Positions 17,020 through 28,475 of a stretch of 48,617 nucleotides of DNA are shown one piece after another; position 1 is the stretch's first letter, and each line of letters starts with the position of its first letter. The translations under genes and the position numbers were made by a program. The notes under the pieces were generated by a model. That model made no database searches, was not told the origin of the DNA, and worked only from the letters and a program-made list of their open reading frames with translations. The DNA comes from Candidatus Yonathbacteria bacterium (GTDB lineage Bacteria > Patescibacteriota > Minisyncoccia > Phycocordibacterales > UBA1550): positions 1 to 48,617 of the forward strand of contig JACRKU010000029.1 of assembly GCA_016215205.1 (NCBI GenBank). Direction: 5' to 3'.

Positions 17020-17982
17020 ATGTTCTCTACCTTCCTCACCCTCCTAGGTCTTAGCGTATTCGAGATTGTTTCAAGTATTGATAATGCGGTCGTGAATGCC
17101 GATGTGCTTTCGACGATGAAGAGTCGCCGCGCCCGCAGGTTTTTCCTCACATGGGGAATTCTTTTTGCTGTCTTTGGGGTGCGCGGATTTTTGCCATCGG
17201 TTGTTGTATTTTTGGCGGATCCGAGCATAGGCATATTTGGTGCGCTTCAGGCTATTTGGCAAACTAACTCCGGGGTGACGGCTGCTGTTCTCGCAGTAAC
17301 GCCTATGATAATGATTTCAGGTGGAATGTTCCTCATACTTCTCTGGGCGCATTGGCTTTTTATGGAGGATAAAAAATTCGGCCTTCCGCATGAATGGTAT
17401 GTGCAAAGATACGGAGCGGTATGGTTTTACTCTGTCGCGGCCGTTCTTTTGGCCGGGGTTATTTACGGGATTAATAATAGAATTTTTGAAAATCCAATGC
17501 ACCTCGCTCTTGCGGCGGCGGTCGGATTTAGTGTTTTCTTCATCACGCAAGGTTTCAAAGATAATGCAGAAAAAATTGAAGAGCGTTTAATAGCATCTGG
17601 CGAGCACAGCACTATGTCGGATTGGGCAAAAGTTTTTTTCCTTGAGGTGCTTGATGTCGCGTTTAGTATTGACGGCGTAATCGGCGCGTTTGCTTTTACG
17701 ACGGTAGTGCCGCTCATCCTCGTTGGTAACGGCATTGGCGCTATCGTGGTGCGCCAGCTGACGGTAATGAATGTAGACCGTATTCGCTCGTACAGCTATT
17801 TGAAAAATGGCGCTATGTACTCTATTGGTTTTCTGGGTCTTGTGATGGTTCTCGAAGCATTCGGCGCGCATATTCAAGCATGGGTTTCACCCGTGGTAAC
17901 TATCGGCGTTGTCGGATATTTCTTTTGGCGTTCTGTCGCGGAGAATAGATTGAATGGCAATATCCCCGATAAAATTGTATAA
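17020..17982 (+). CDS. DUF475/TerC-like integral membrane protein
   Basis: FEIVSSIDNAVVNADVL, FFLEVLDVAFSIDGVIGAFAF, YLKNGAMYSIG. Confidence 0.85.
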   Translation: MFSTFLTLLGLSVFEIVSSIDNAVVNADVLSTMKSRRARRFFLTWGILFAVFGVRGFLPSVVVFLADPSIGIFGALQAIWQTNSGVTAAVLAVTPMIMISGGMFLILLWAHWLFMEDKKFGLPHEWYVQRYGAVWFYSVAAVLLAGVIYGINNRIFENPMHLALAAAVGFSVFFITQGFKDNAEKIEERLIASGEHSTMSDWAKVFFLEVLDVAFSIDGVIGAFAFTTVVPLILVGNGIGAIVVRQLTVMNVDRIRSYSYLKNGAMYSIGFLGLVMVLEAFGAHIQAWVSPVVTIGVVGYFFWRSVAENRLNGNIPDKIV

Positions 17983-17991
17983 TTAGGTGAC

Positions 17992-19026
17992 ATGGGCTAC
18001 TCAAAATCAGAACTTTATTTTTTATTTGTGCTTCTCGCGGGAGCCGTCACTCTCGTTTTCTTTGTCTTTCAGCCGTTTCTCGGCGCGCTTATTCTGGCTG
18101 TTATTTTTGCAACGGTATTTTCTCCGGCTCATAAAAAAATCCTCTCTGTAACTCGCGAGAACAGGGGGTTGGCGGCGATTCTTGCCACCCTGTTCGTGCT
18201 TGTCATAATTGTTGTCCCGATTACTTTTTTAAGTATTCAAATTTTTAAAGAGGCAACACAACTGTATTCTTCGCTTGTAAACAATGGCGGAGCGGCCGGT
18301 CTTTCGCGGGAAATAGAGGGGTTCGTGCGCGGTTTCGGGTTTCTGTCCATTCCTGATGGCGCATTTGATTTTAGCCGGTATATCAAACAAGGCCTGAGCT
18401 TTTTGATTCAGAACTTGGACACGGTTTTTTCAAATGTCGCGAAAATAATGGTAGATATCTTTATTCTCCTCGTGGCGCTCTATTATTTGTTTAAAGATGG
18501 ACATAGTCTCAAAAAATCCGTCGTCGCGCTCTCGCCGCTTCAAGATATTTATGATGAAACAATTTTTCGCAAACTTGAGCTTGCGATAAATTCAGTGGTA
18601 CGCGGGAATATTTCCGTAGCGGTCACACAGGGGGTGCTCTCAACAATAGGACTTTTTATTTTTGGAGTTCCCAATCCCGTGCTTTGGGGCAGTGTTGCGG
18701 CAATAGCCGCGCTTGTTCCGGGTTTTGGCACATCTTTGGTTTTAGTCCCCGCTATTTTGTTCCTCTTTTTCTCTTCCGCAACAGCAGGAGCGGCAATAGG
18801 TCTTTTGGTGTGGTGGATTGTTGCGGTAAGTCTGGTGGATAATGTGTTGGGGCCAAGGATAGTCGGCCACGGGGTGCACCTTCATCCGTTTTTGATACTA
18901 CTCTCTATTCTCGGAGGTATTGCTTACTTCGGCGCTATTGGGTTTTTGTTCGGGCCGCTTATGCTTTCCCTACTATTTGCCCTCCTTGAAATTTATTCCA
19001 CGATTCGCGTTGCGCGCAATAAATAA
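17992..19026 (+). CDS. AI-2E family transporter
   Basis: Multi-TM; LYYLFKDG, LVPGFGT, DNVLGPRIVG..LHP, FGAIGFLFGP. Confidence 0.9.
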   Translation: MGYSKSELYFLFVLLAGAVTLVFFVFQPFLGALILAVIFATVFSPAHKKILSVTRENRGLAAILATLFVLVIIVVPITFLSIQIFKEATQLYSSLVNNGGAAGLSREIEGFVRGFGFLSIPDGAFDFSRYIKQGLSFLIQNLDTVFSNVAKIMVDIFILLVALYYLFKDGHSLKKSVVALSPLQDIYDETIFRKLELAINSVVRGNISVAVTQGVLSTIGLFIFGVPNPVLWGSVAAIAALVPGFGTSLVLVPAILFLFFSSATAGAAIGLLVWWIVAVSLVDNVLGPRIVGHGVHLHPFLILLSILGGIAYFGAIGFLFGPLMLSLLFALLEIYSTIRVARNK

Positions 19027-19028
19027 TT

Positions 19029-19430
19029 ATGAAAAAAATACTTCATTTTTTCGATAAACTGGAAGATAGTATACGCGCACTGCTTAGCAGGCACGATATT
19101 TTCTATGCTTTTATCGGCGGCATTGCAATGGTTCTCTTTTGGCGCGGGGTGTGGATGATTGCAGATACTATCACATTTTTGACTCCCGTTATTTCAATTT
19201 TTATAAGTGTTATCGTACTCCTAGCTACCGGACTTTTTGTATCATTTTTTGTCGGTGACAGAATCATTCTTTCGGGGCTTAAGAAAGATAAGAAATTCAA
19301 TGAAAAGGTGGCAGCTGAAGTAAAGACAGAGCTAGATACCCTGAAGGACATACAAAATAAGATGAACAACATAGAACAAGAATTAAAAATGATGAGAGCA
19401 GAAATGAAGAGCGGCGCTCCTTCAAAATAA
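19029..19430 (+). CDS. Hypothetical membrane protein with C-terminal coiled coil
   Basis: Two TM segments plus heptad tail; operonic spacing. Confidence 0.7.
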   Translation: MKKILHFFDKLEDSIRALLSRHDIFYAFIGGIAMVLFWRGVWMIADTITFLTPVISIFISVIVLLATGLFVSFFVGDRIILSGLKKDKKFNEKVAAEVKTELDTLKDIQNKMNNIEQELKMMRAEMKSGAPSK

Positions 19431-19897
19431 TGAATCCCGTTGCCGTTCTCGACAATCTCCGCAGTGTCTATAATGTAGGTTCTATTTTTCGCACCGCAAA
19501 CGCAGTCGGCATTAAAAAAATATATTTGTGCGGAACGACACCGACTCCGCTAGACAAAAAAGGGGAACGAAGAAAAGATTTTGCGAAAGTCGCGCTCGGC
19601 GCGGAAGACGCCGTGGCGTGGGAATACGCAGAAAGTGCTTTTGAATGCGTGCAAAAACTCAAAAAAGAAAACTACTATGTTATTTCTCTTGAACAGGGTG
19701 AAAATTCGGTTGATTACAAAGAAATAAAAATAAAAGAGAAAACAGCATTCATAATCGGCAATGAAGTTCTGGGGATTGCACCGGAAGTCCTCGCAGAAAG
19801 CAATGTGCTTGCGGAAATCCCGATGCTCGGCACCAAAGAATCGCTTAATGTTACCATTGCTTTTGGCGTTGCGGTGTATAGGATTTTGGGGGTTTAA
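19430..19897 (+). CDS. SpoU/TrmH-family RNA methyltransferase
   Basis: LDNLRSVYNVGSIFRTA, IIGNEVLGI, IPMLGTKESLNV. Confidence 0.9.
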   Translation: MNPVAVLDNLRSVYNVGSIFRTANAVGIKKIYLCGTTPTPLDKKGERRKDFAKVALGAEDAVAWEYAESAFECVQKLKKENYYVISLEQGENSVDYKEIKIKEKTAFIIGNEVLGIAPEVLAESNVLAEIPMLGTKESLNVTIAFGVAVYRILGV

Positions 19898-19905
19898 TGG
19901 TGTGC

Positions 19906-19934
19906 TTGACATAAAAAGTGTTCTGTGATATGCT
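19906..19934 (+). promoter_or_regulatory. sigma70 promoter
   Basis: TTGACA-N17-TATGCT with TG extension. Confidence 0.6.
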
Positions 19935-19986
19935 TGCTGAAGAATTACCGAACCTTTACTTTTAACCTTTTTCAGAGGAGAATGAA

Positions 19987-20262
19987 ATGACGTGGACAAT
20001 TGTGTTATATTCTTATGTGGCGTTGGTTATCGCGCTTTTGTTACTTATTGCCTACAACAAGGAACCGCTGTCTCCCCGCGAACAGATGGAAGAAAACAAT
20101 GAACAAGTCGAGGCGATAAGCCGCACCTACCGCAAAAAAGCTAAGCAAGGTATGTGGATGGCGCGATGGATTACTCTATTCTTGGTTGCCATCGCCATGA
20201 TTATGATTTACTCCGACGAGATAGCGGTATTTCTAAAGTGGTATATGACAGCTCGCTGGTGA
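19987..20262 (+). CDS. Small two-TM hypothetical protein
   Basis: GAGGAG SD, promoter upstream and terminator downstream (monocistronic). Confidence 0.6.
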   Translation: MTWTIVLYSYVALVIALLLLIAYNKEPLSPREQMEENNEQVEAISRTYRKKAKQGMWMARWITLFLVAIAMIMIYSDEIAVFLKWYMTARW

Positions 20263-20271
20263 TTAGTGCGT

Positions 20272-20309
20272 GAGCGCAATTCAGGTTTGACCTGAATTGC
20301 GCTCTTTTT
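20272..20309 (+). terminator. Rho-independent terminator (15-bp stem)
   Basis: GAGCGCAATTCAGGT-TTG-ACCTGAATTGCGCTC-T5. Confidence 0.85.
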
Positions 20310-20369
20310 ATGCTAGTGTTTATTATTGAAATCAACCCTAGTTTCTGCTAGAATGCAGACAATTTTAGT

Positions 20370-21113
20370 ATGGCAGAAAAAAGCATTCACATCTCCCTAT
20401 CGGCGGAAAAAATTGGCACCTTTTTGGGTATTTCAATCACAAACACTATGTTGATGAGTTTTGTGGTATTTGCGCTTTTGGCGACTCTTGCGTTTTTTGT
20501 GCGCAAAAACCTCGCGCTTATTCCCGGACGCCTACAGACTCTTGTCGAGACGCTCTTTGTTGGGATTCTTAATTATATGACGGAGACGCTTGGGGACGAA
20601 AAGCTTGCGCGCAAGCTTTTCCCGCTCATCCTCACTATTTTTCTTTTTATTTTTACGGCCAACATCGTCGAATTTACACCCGGAATCGGCAGTGCTGGTT
20701 TTTTTCACGCAAACGGCGAGTTTACTCCGATCCTGCGCTCGATGAACACCGATTTGAACACAACCCTCGCTCTCACGATTATTGCGTTCATTGTTATCGA
20801 GGTGGTCGGGGTGGCTACATTAGGCTTCTTCCAATATGGCAAGAAATTTGTTAATGTTAGTTCGGTCTTGGGGTTTATGGTGGGAATTATAGAGCTCTTT
20901 TCCGAGGTGGCGCGATTGGTGTCGTACTCGTTTCGTCTCTTCGGAAACATCTTTGCGGGAGAAGTGATGATTTTGGTCATTCAACATTTCGTACCGATGG
21001 TGCTCCCGGTTCCTATCATGCTCTTTGAGGTTTTCGTCGGGTTTATTCAGGCGGCAATCTTTGCGCTCCTCACACTCTTTTTTGTGAAGATTGCGATTAC
21101 CGAGGCGCATTAA
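20370..21113 (+). CDS. atpB: F0 subunit a
   Basis: LRSMNTDLN, SYSFRLFGNIFAGE, VGFIQAAIF. Confidence 0.96.
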   Translation: MAEKSIHISLSAEKIGTFLGISITNTMLMSFVVFALLATLAFFVRKNLALIPGRLQTLVETLFVGILNYMTETLGDEKLARKLFPLILTIFLFIFTANIVEFTPGIGSAGFFHANGEFTPILRSMNTDLNTTLALTIIAFIVIEVVGVATLGFFQYGKKFVNVSSVLGFMVGIIELFSEVARLVSYSFRLFGNIFAGEVMILVIQHFVPMVLPVPIMLFEVFVGFIQAAIFALLTLFFVKIAITEAH

Positions 21114-21121
21114 TAATTTAA

Positions 21122-21361
<240 letters not shown>

Positions 21362-21382
21362 TAAGAATTCCACACAGCCTTT

Positions 21383-21835
21383 ATGGAACAAATCGTTTCG
21401 GTATTTGGAATCAATTGGAAACTCCTCCTTATTCAAGGAGTGAATTTTGGCCTGCTTCTCGCGATTCTTTACAGGTTTCTTTATAAGCCGGTTCTCAAGA
21501 TGGTGGATGCGCGGCGCGCAAAGATTGAGAATGCGATTCGTAATGCCGAAAAAACAGAAATTGAGCTTGGTCTTGCGGAAATGGAAAAGGCGCGCGTTAT
21601 TAGCGAGGCAACAAAAAGGGGCGATGAGTTTATTCTGGCCTCTAAAAAACATGCAGAGACAGAAGAGCACACCATAATGCAGGCCGCCCACCGAAAGGCG
21701 GTGCATATTTTGAACGAAGCGGAACGCCGTGCCAACCGAGAGCACGACGAGATGATGCAAAAAGCCGAGCGTGAGGTCGCGCGCATGGCAATTCTTTCGG
21801 CGGAGAAAATCCTTCGTCATGGCGCAGTAAAATAA
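21383..21835 (+). CDS. atpF: F0 subunit b
   Basis: GINWKLLLIQGVNF..LYKPVLKMVDARR plus coiled coil. Confidence 0.93.
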   Translation: MEQIVSVFGINWKLLLIQGVNFGLLLAILYRFLYKPVLKMVDARRAKIENAIRNAEKTEIELGLAEMEKARVISEATKRGDEFILASKKHAETEEHTIMQAAHRKAVHILNEAERRANREHDEMMQKAEREVARMAILSAEKILRHGAVK

Positions 21836-21839
21836 AAAT

Positions 21840-22241
21840 ATGAAAGCATCATGGTACGCAGAAGCGCTCTATGCGGCGCTCTCAAAGAGAGCAACCGAGA
21901 GCGATTTTAAAAAAGTATTTGCCCGTTTTCGCAAAGTTGTTTCCAGTCGCGGGCACGACAGATTGTTTCCGTTTGTCACGCGCGAACTCGAAAAAATTGT
22001 TGCCCGCGAAAAAATCAAAAATGAAGTTGTATTGGTTACCGCCGATAATAAAAGCATAAGTAAGTGGTCGCATGCGTATGATCATTATGAAAAGGACGGG
22101 ATTATCCCAAAGGGCGCAAACCGTCGCGATGTCGTTGATGAATCAATTGTCGGAGGATTCCAAATTCGAACGAGAGACACTCTAATAGACGGCAGTTATA
22201 AAAAATCCCTCATCAATCTTTATCGCAAAATTACTAACTAA
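21840..22241 (+). CDS. atpH: F1 subunit delta (short)
   Basis: Position in operon; C-terminal [20 protein letters not shown] motif. Confidence 0.85.
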   Translation: MKASWYAEALYAALSKRATESDFKKVFARFRKVVSSRGHDRLFPFVTRELEKIVAREKIKNEVVLVTADNKSISKWSHAYDHYEKDGIIPKGANRRDVVDESIVGGFQIRTRDTLIDGSYKKSLINLYRKITN

Positions 22242-22249
22242 AACCATTC

Positions 22250-23818
22250 ATGAACACCATTCTTATAGAAAAAATCAGAAAAGAAATCGAAGCGTTTGAA
22301 CCGGAAACATCGGTCGAACGCGTGGGCACGGTGGTCAAAGCGGGCGACGGTATCGCCGAGATTGACGGACTTCAAGGCGCAATGATGGCGGAAATGGTTG
22401 TTTTTGAACCCGCCGGAAAAAAGGCGCTCAAAGATGCGCTCGATTTGGAACCTATCGTCGGCTTCGTGCTCAATCTTGAAGAAGATTTTGTTAAGGCCGT
22501 AATTTTGTCAGGAGCTGACCGTATCAGCGAGGGTATGGTTGTGAAAGGCACAGGAAAGACTCTTTCGATTGCCGTATCAAACAGCATGGTGGGCCGCGTG
22601 GTAAATGCCTTAGGTGTTCCCATCGACGGCAAGGGGGTAATAAAAGAAGATGAAAGGCTCCCTATCGAACGTATCGCTTTTGGCGTGATCGACCGTGCCG
22701 GAGTGGACACGCCTATCCACACTGGGATCAAAGCAATCGACTCAATGATTCCAATCGGGCGCGGGCAACGCGAGCTTATCATTGGTGACCGTGGCACCGG
22801 CAAGACCGCCATCGCGCTCGACACCATTTTAAACCAAATCACCGAGCCGAAAGAAACGCGCCCCATTTGTATCTATGTCGCCATCGGACAAAAAGAATCA
22901 AAGATTGCGCGAATCGTAGGCGAGCTTGAAGAGCGTGGCGCCATGGCGTACACAATCGTTGTTGTTGCTGGCGCATCAGAGGCAGCAGCGCTTCAGTACC
23001 TCGCTCCATTTACCGGCGCGACAATCGGTGAATTTTTTATGTTAAAAGGGAAAGACGCGCTCGTGATTTACGACGACCTTTCCAAGCACGCGGTCGCGTA
23101 TCGCCAGATGTCGCTCCTTCTCCGCCGTCCGCCGGGGCGCGAGGCATACCCGGGAGATATTTTTTATCTTCATTCGCGTCTTCTCGAGCGTGCCGCAAAA
23201 CTTTCAAAGAAACAGGGTGGCGGCTCACTTACCGCGCTCCCTATTATTGAAACACAGCAAGGCGATGTGTCCGCATATATTCCGACCAATGTGATTTCTA
23301 TTACAGACGGGCAAATTTATCTCGACACTGACCTTTTCAACAAAGGCATGCGTCCCGCTGTGAATGTGGGGCTCTCAGTGTCGCGCGTGGGGTCGGCTGC
23401 TCAGACAAAAGCGATGAAGAAAATTGCGGGTAAGATTCGCCTTGAGCTTGCGCAGTTTAGAGAACTTGAAGCATTTATGCAGTTTGCATCAGACCTCGAC
23501 AAAGAAACGAAAGAGCGCATCGAAAAAGGTCGCCGCCTTTCTGAGTTTTTGAAGCAGACAAATGGAAAGCCATTACCATTCGAGAAAGAAGTTATCGTTA
23601 TTTACGCGGGTATTTCTGGCGTTACCGACAAGGTAAAAGTCGAAGACATACTGCTTTTTGAATCCAAATTGATGGAGTATTTTGACCACCATGCCGGAGC
23701 TGTTGTTGACGCTATACGAAAAGACCGCGCAATTTCGGAGCCAACCGAAGCAAACCTCAAACTCGCACTCGCGGATTTTGTCACTTCGCATCCTGAGCTC
23801 TTTATTGCACACAAGTAA
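22250..23818 (+). CDS. atpA: F1 subunit alpha
   Basis: [29 protein letters not shown]. Confidence 0.98.
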   Translation: MNTILIEKIRKEIEAFEPETSVERVGTVVKAGDGIAEIDGLQGAMMAEMVVFEPAGKKALKDALDLEPIVGFVLNLEEDFVKAVILSGADRISEGMVVKGTGKTLSIAVSNSMVGRVVNALGVPIDGKGVIKEDERLPIERIAFGVIDRAGVDTPIHTGIKAIDSMIPIGRGQRELIIGDRGTGKTAIALDTILNQITEPKETRPICIYVAIGQKESKIARIVGELEERGAMAYTIVVVAGASEAAALQYLAPFTGATIGEFFMLKGKDALVIYDDLSKHAVAYRQMSLLLRRPPGREAYPGDIFYLHSRLLERAAKLSKKQGGGSLTALPIIETQQGDVSAYIPTNVISITDGQIYLDTDLFNKGMRPAVNVGLSVSRVGSAAQTKAMKKIAGKIRLELAQFRELEAFMQFASDLDKETKERIEKGRRLSEFLKQTNGKPLPFEKEVIVIYAGISGVTDKVKVEDILLFESKLMEYFDHHAGAVVDAIRKDRAISEPTEANLKLALADFVTSHPELFIAHK

Positions 23819-23821
23819 ACC

Positions 23822-24748
23822 ATGTCATCCCTTCGCGCGATAAAAGGAAAAATACGCTCCGTTGAAAAGACCCATCAGGTTACAAAAGCCATGGAGGCGG
23901 TTTCCGGCGTAAAGATGCGCAAGGCGCAGATTGCGGCACTTGTCGCGCGCCCGTATGCGTTTGCAGCGTTTCGTATCTTGTCTCGCATTACGCGCTCGGT
24001 CGACATAGCTCGTCATCCGCTTGTTCGCGTCCGCCCAGTTCATCGCGTGCTCCTTGTGGTAGTCACGAGCGACAAAGGCCTCGCGGGCGGGCTGAACAGT
24101 GGCGCGACAAAATGCGCGCTTGCGGCGCTTGCCGAGCGCGGAATTCCACGCGAGAGCACAGGTATTCTTGCCATCGGTCGCAAAGGTGAAGAATTTTTCG
24201 CGCGGCGTGGATACCTTCTTGAAAAGCACATTCAAACGATGAAAGACGAAAGCTCCATCGGTGATTTTGCCGGCGTGGTGTCGTTGATTACTAAACTATT
24301 TATCGATGGTTCGTATGATGAATGTGTTCTCGTGTACACAAACTTTCGTTCGACATTTGAACAAGAGTCGGTTTCAAGGACGCTCCTTCCTCTTTCGGTT
24401 GAGGCGCTTGGCGAGATGATTAAAGGTATTGTTCCCGAGAAGGGCGCATTTGCAGAAGCAAATGCAAATGTTGAGAGTGCATCAATCTCTGCGGATTATT
24501 TATTTGAGCCGTCGCCCGAAGCGGTTTTTGAAACGCTTCTCCCGCGTCTTCTTGCTATTGAGCTCCACCATGCATTTCTCGAAGCAAAAGCATCAGAGCA
24601 TTCGGCGCGAATGGTCGCGATGCGGAATGCGTCGGATAAGGCAAGTGAAGTTACCTTTTCACTAACACGCGAATACAACAAAGCCCGCCAGTCGGCGATT
24701 ACGAGGGAAATGAGTGAGATTATCGGAGGGATTGAGGCGATGAAATAA
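23822..24748 (+). CDS. atpG: F1 subunit gamma
   Basis: TSDKGLAGGLN, SEHSARMVAM.NASD, YNKARQSAITRE. Confidence 0.97.
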   Translation: MSSLRAIKGKIRSVEKTHQVTKAMEAVSGVKMRKAQIAALVARPYAFAAFRILSRITRSVDIARHPLVRVRPVHRVLLVVVTSDKGLAGGLNSGATKCALAALAERGIPRESTGILAIGRKGEEFFARRGYLLEKHIQTMKDESSIGDFAGVVSLITKLFIDGSYDECVLVYTNFRSTFEQESVSRTLLPLSVEALGEMIKGIVPEKGAFAEANANVESASISADYLFEPSPEAVFETLLPRLLAIELHHAFLEAKASEHSARMVAMRNASDKASEVTFSLTREYNKARQSAITREMSEIIGGIEAMK

Positions 24749-24753
24749 AAACC

Positions 24754-24857
24754 GCTCGCTAAATTCTTTTTAGGGTACGACTTTTTTGAAGCTTAAAAAA
24801 GTCTGAAGTTTTCGCGCCGTCGCGCTCAAAACCCCCTAAAAAGCAATTTAGCTCGCT
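24754..24857. repeat. Multi-hairpin palindromic element (MITE/REP-like)
   Basis: Outer arms GCTAAATTCTTTTTAGGG (24758-75) and CCCTAAAAAGCAATTTAGC (24834-52) enclose two inner hairpins; GCTCGCT at both ends. Confidence 0.7.
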
Positions 24858-24966
24858 CAGAGAAAAGGATTGTGATATTAGCAAATACCCTTCTCCTAAA
24901 ACATGATAATTAGGTGTCAGGTACCTTTAATTTTTCTATAATCAACCATGATATAATTGCGATTGT

Positions 24967-25353
24967 ATGAAAAAAGATTTTCAAAAGTGGCATAAGAAAA
25001 AAGAATTTTTGCAGGATGAAAAGGCGAGACCGTTTTTTCATGAACGTGAAGTCTGGTTTTGTTCACTTGGTGAAAATGTTGGGTTTGAACAAGATGGAAG
25101 AGGTGAAGAATTTTTACGCCCCGTAGTTGTTATCAAAAAGTTTAACCAAGAAGTTTGTTGTGGTGTACCACTCACGAGAAACCAAAAGAATGGACAGTAT
25201 TATTTCTCGTTTTCTCTAGATGAAGAAACGAGCACAGCAATTCTTTTGCAAATTCGTCTTATAGACAGTAAGCGTTTGCAGTATAAACTCGGCGACCTTT
25301 CTGAGGCTGATTTTATTGAAATGAGAAAACGCCTCACACAATTGCTTGCGTAA
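24967..25353 (+). CDS. PemK/MazF-family endoribonuclease toxin (no adjacent antitoxin ORF)
   Basis: REVWFCSLGENVGFEQDG...RPVVVIKK..GVPLT...QIRLIDSKRL. Confidence 0.85.
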   Translation: MKKDFQKWHKKKEFLQDEKARPFFHEREVWFCSLGENVGFEQDGRGEEFLRPVVVIKKFNQEVCCGVPLTRNQKNGQYYFSFSLDEETSTAILLQIRLIDSKRLQYKLGDLSEADFIEMRKRLTQLLA

Positions 25354-25520
25354 AGCGTTGCTCTTTACCCCTTGCGGGGAGGGCCGAAGCCGTTTGTAGA
25401 TGCATTATATACTACCTGCGAAAGAATAGCAACCTTTATTGATTGAGTTGTCCACAGTCTAAAAGCCCATTATTTTCAGCTTGGTTTTTTGGGTAAAAAG
25501 TGATAGAGTTTTGACATTAA

Positions 25521-26918
<1,398 letters not shown>

Positions 26919-26922
26919 ATCT

Positions 26923-27159
26923 ATGATGAAACTCACGATAGCAAAAGTAGATGAAGTGCTTTTTAGAGGTGAAGCGGCTAGCTTATCGTGCACGGGTGCT
27001 TTGGGCGACCTGACCATTCTTCCTCATCACGCACCGCTTGTTACTCCGCTTAAAAAGGGTGAGCTTAAAATTGTTGATAATGAAGGGAAAGAAATCCGCA
27101 TCAGAATTGAAAGTGGGATCCTTGAAGTTGCCAGCAACGAAGTGACGGTGATTTTGTAG
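26923..27159 (+). CDS. atpC: F1 subunit epsilon, N-terminal beta-domain only
   Basis: GDLTILPHHAPLVT.LKKG..SGILEV; 78 aa with no helical hairpin. Confidence 0.9.
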   Translation: MMKLTIAKVDEVLFRGEAASLSCTGALGDLTILPHHAPLVTPLKKGELKIVDNEGKEIRIRIESGILEVASNEVTVIL

Positions 27160-27221
27160 AATTGACTTTTAATTGTTTTCAGGTAATGTTACAATTCAAC
27201 GTAGTTAAAACTAAACACACT

Positions 27222-27605
27222 ATGAACACAGTATTAAATAGAATATTCAGGAAGCCTCTGAAAAATAAGATTTCAAAAAAGGTAGATTTCTCTGCTATTT
27301 TAATGGTGTATAAATCACAAAATGGCGCATGGAGGGGCTTTGCTCATCCATATAATGTAACAACTGAATTTGATAATCGTGATAAAACAATCTCTGTTCT
27401 GAAAGAGCAAGTAGAGGCATATGAAGAAGGATTAAGAAAGTATAATAACCCAGAGCATTTGAGAAGTGTTCCTTTTTCAAACGTTGAGGATGAGCAAATG
27501 TTTAGTCGCCTAATACTTAGCGGCGGCCTATATAAGACCCTTCTTAATGAAGGGAAAATTACTGCCTCTGATTATTATGCCGAAACACAAAGAGTACAAG
27601 CTTAA
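27222..27605 (+). CDS. HicB-like antitoxin-fold protein
   Basis: ILMVYKSQNGAWRGFAHPYNVTTEFDNRDKTISVLKEQVEAYEE resembles the HicB beta-beta-beta-alpha pattern; AT-rich. Confidence 0.5.
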   Translation: MNTVLNRIFRKPLKNKISKKVDFSAILMVYKSQNGAWRGFAHPYNVTTEFDNRDKTISVLKEQVEAYEEGLRKYNNPEHLRSVPFSNVEDEQMFSRLILSGGLYKTLLNEGKITASDYYAETQRVQA

Positions 27606-27855
27606 GGAGTATGAGAAGGTGGTTGCAATTTTAGCAGCACAAAAAGGATTTACAATTAAAACCCATTTTCATAGTGGAAGTGCAGTTCGATTTGAGCTAT
27701 TTGTTGGGAAAGAAGAAAAACCGCGTAAAGTCTGGGTAATCCATACAAGTCACAAAAAGACTAGAAATGTATTATCTAGGGAAGATTACAGAAAACCTGA
27801 TTTAAACCTTGGTGTTGAGCCAGGGACGTTTTTGGCAACGCTAGAGACAATTTAA
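27577..27855 (+). CDS. HicA-like (dsRBD-fold) small basic protein
   Basis: helix-KGF..SGSAVRFELF..VWVIH..helix..LG..TFLATL; overlaps the upstream gene by 29 nt. Confidence 0.4.
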   Translation: MPKHKEYKLKEYEKVVAILAAQKGFTIKTHFHSGSAVRFELFVGKEEKPRKVWVIHTSHKKTRNVLSREDYRKPDLNLGVEPGTFLATLETI

Positions 27856-27867
27856 TGTCGATGATTT

Positions 27868-28440
27868 TTATTTTAGCGTTTTCAGAATTTTTGAAATCTT
27901 TTTGAAATCTTTTTTGAGCACTTCACGAAGCGAGCCGTTGTAAAGTGCGGCGGCGGGGTGGTAGAGAGGGAGGAAGTTGCGAGCTTTCCCGAAGTGATTG
28001 CCGGTGAGGAGGACGCCGTGGGCCTCAGAAATTTTCTCATCTGGAAAAAAGTGATTCATGGAGTGTCGCCCGAGGAATACGATGAGTGTCGGGTCAATCA
28101 ATTTTATTTCCTCTGCAAGCCACTCTGCACAGTCGGCAATTTCCTTTAGTGTAGGGTCGCGGTTTTCCGGCGGACGATACTTCACAATATTCGTAATATA
28201 AATATCTTCGCGTTTCATTTTTACGCTTTCAAGCATCTCTGCGAGAAACTTCCCCGCAGAGCCAATAAAAGGTCGCCCCTCTTTGTCCTCCTTGGCGCCC
28301 GGCGCCTCGCCGATGAATACTATCTGCGCATTCGTATTGCCGTCACCCGTCACGCCTTGCGTCGCAGTTTTCCGAAGCTCACATGTACACTCCGCAAGCC
28401 ATTTTGCGTGAATGTTTTTGAGTTCATTGGCTTTGTCCAT
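27868..28440 (-). CDS. udg: Uracil-DNA glycosylase family 4
   Basis: FIGEAPGAKED.EGRPFIG, YITNIVKYRPPENRDP, LYHPAAALY. Start ATG 28440. Confidence 0.93.
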   Translation of the reverse strand: MDKANELKNIHAKWLAECTCELRKTATQGVTGDGNTNAQIVFIGEAPGAKEDKEGRPFIGSAGKFLAEMLESVKMKREDIYITNIVKYRPPENRDPTLKEIADCAEWLAEEIKLIDPTLIVFLGRHSMNHFFPDEKISEAHGVLLTGNHFGKARNFLPLYHPAAALYNGSLREVLKKDFKKISKILKTLK

Positions 28441-28475
28441 AAGTCGATTGTAGCATATGATATAATTAAACAATT

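Noticed and set aside
24858-24966. MazE antitoxin upstream of the toxin
   Set aside because: Only ~110 bp with no suitable ORF.
25448-25456. DnaA box / origin (TTGTCCACA)
   Set aside because: Single mismatched box with no cluster and no dnaA/dnaN context.
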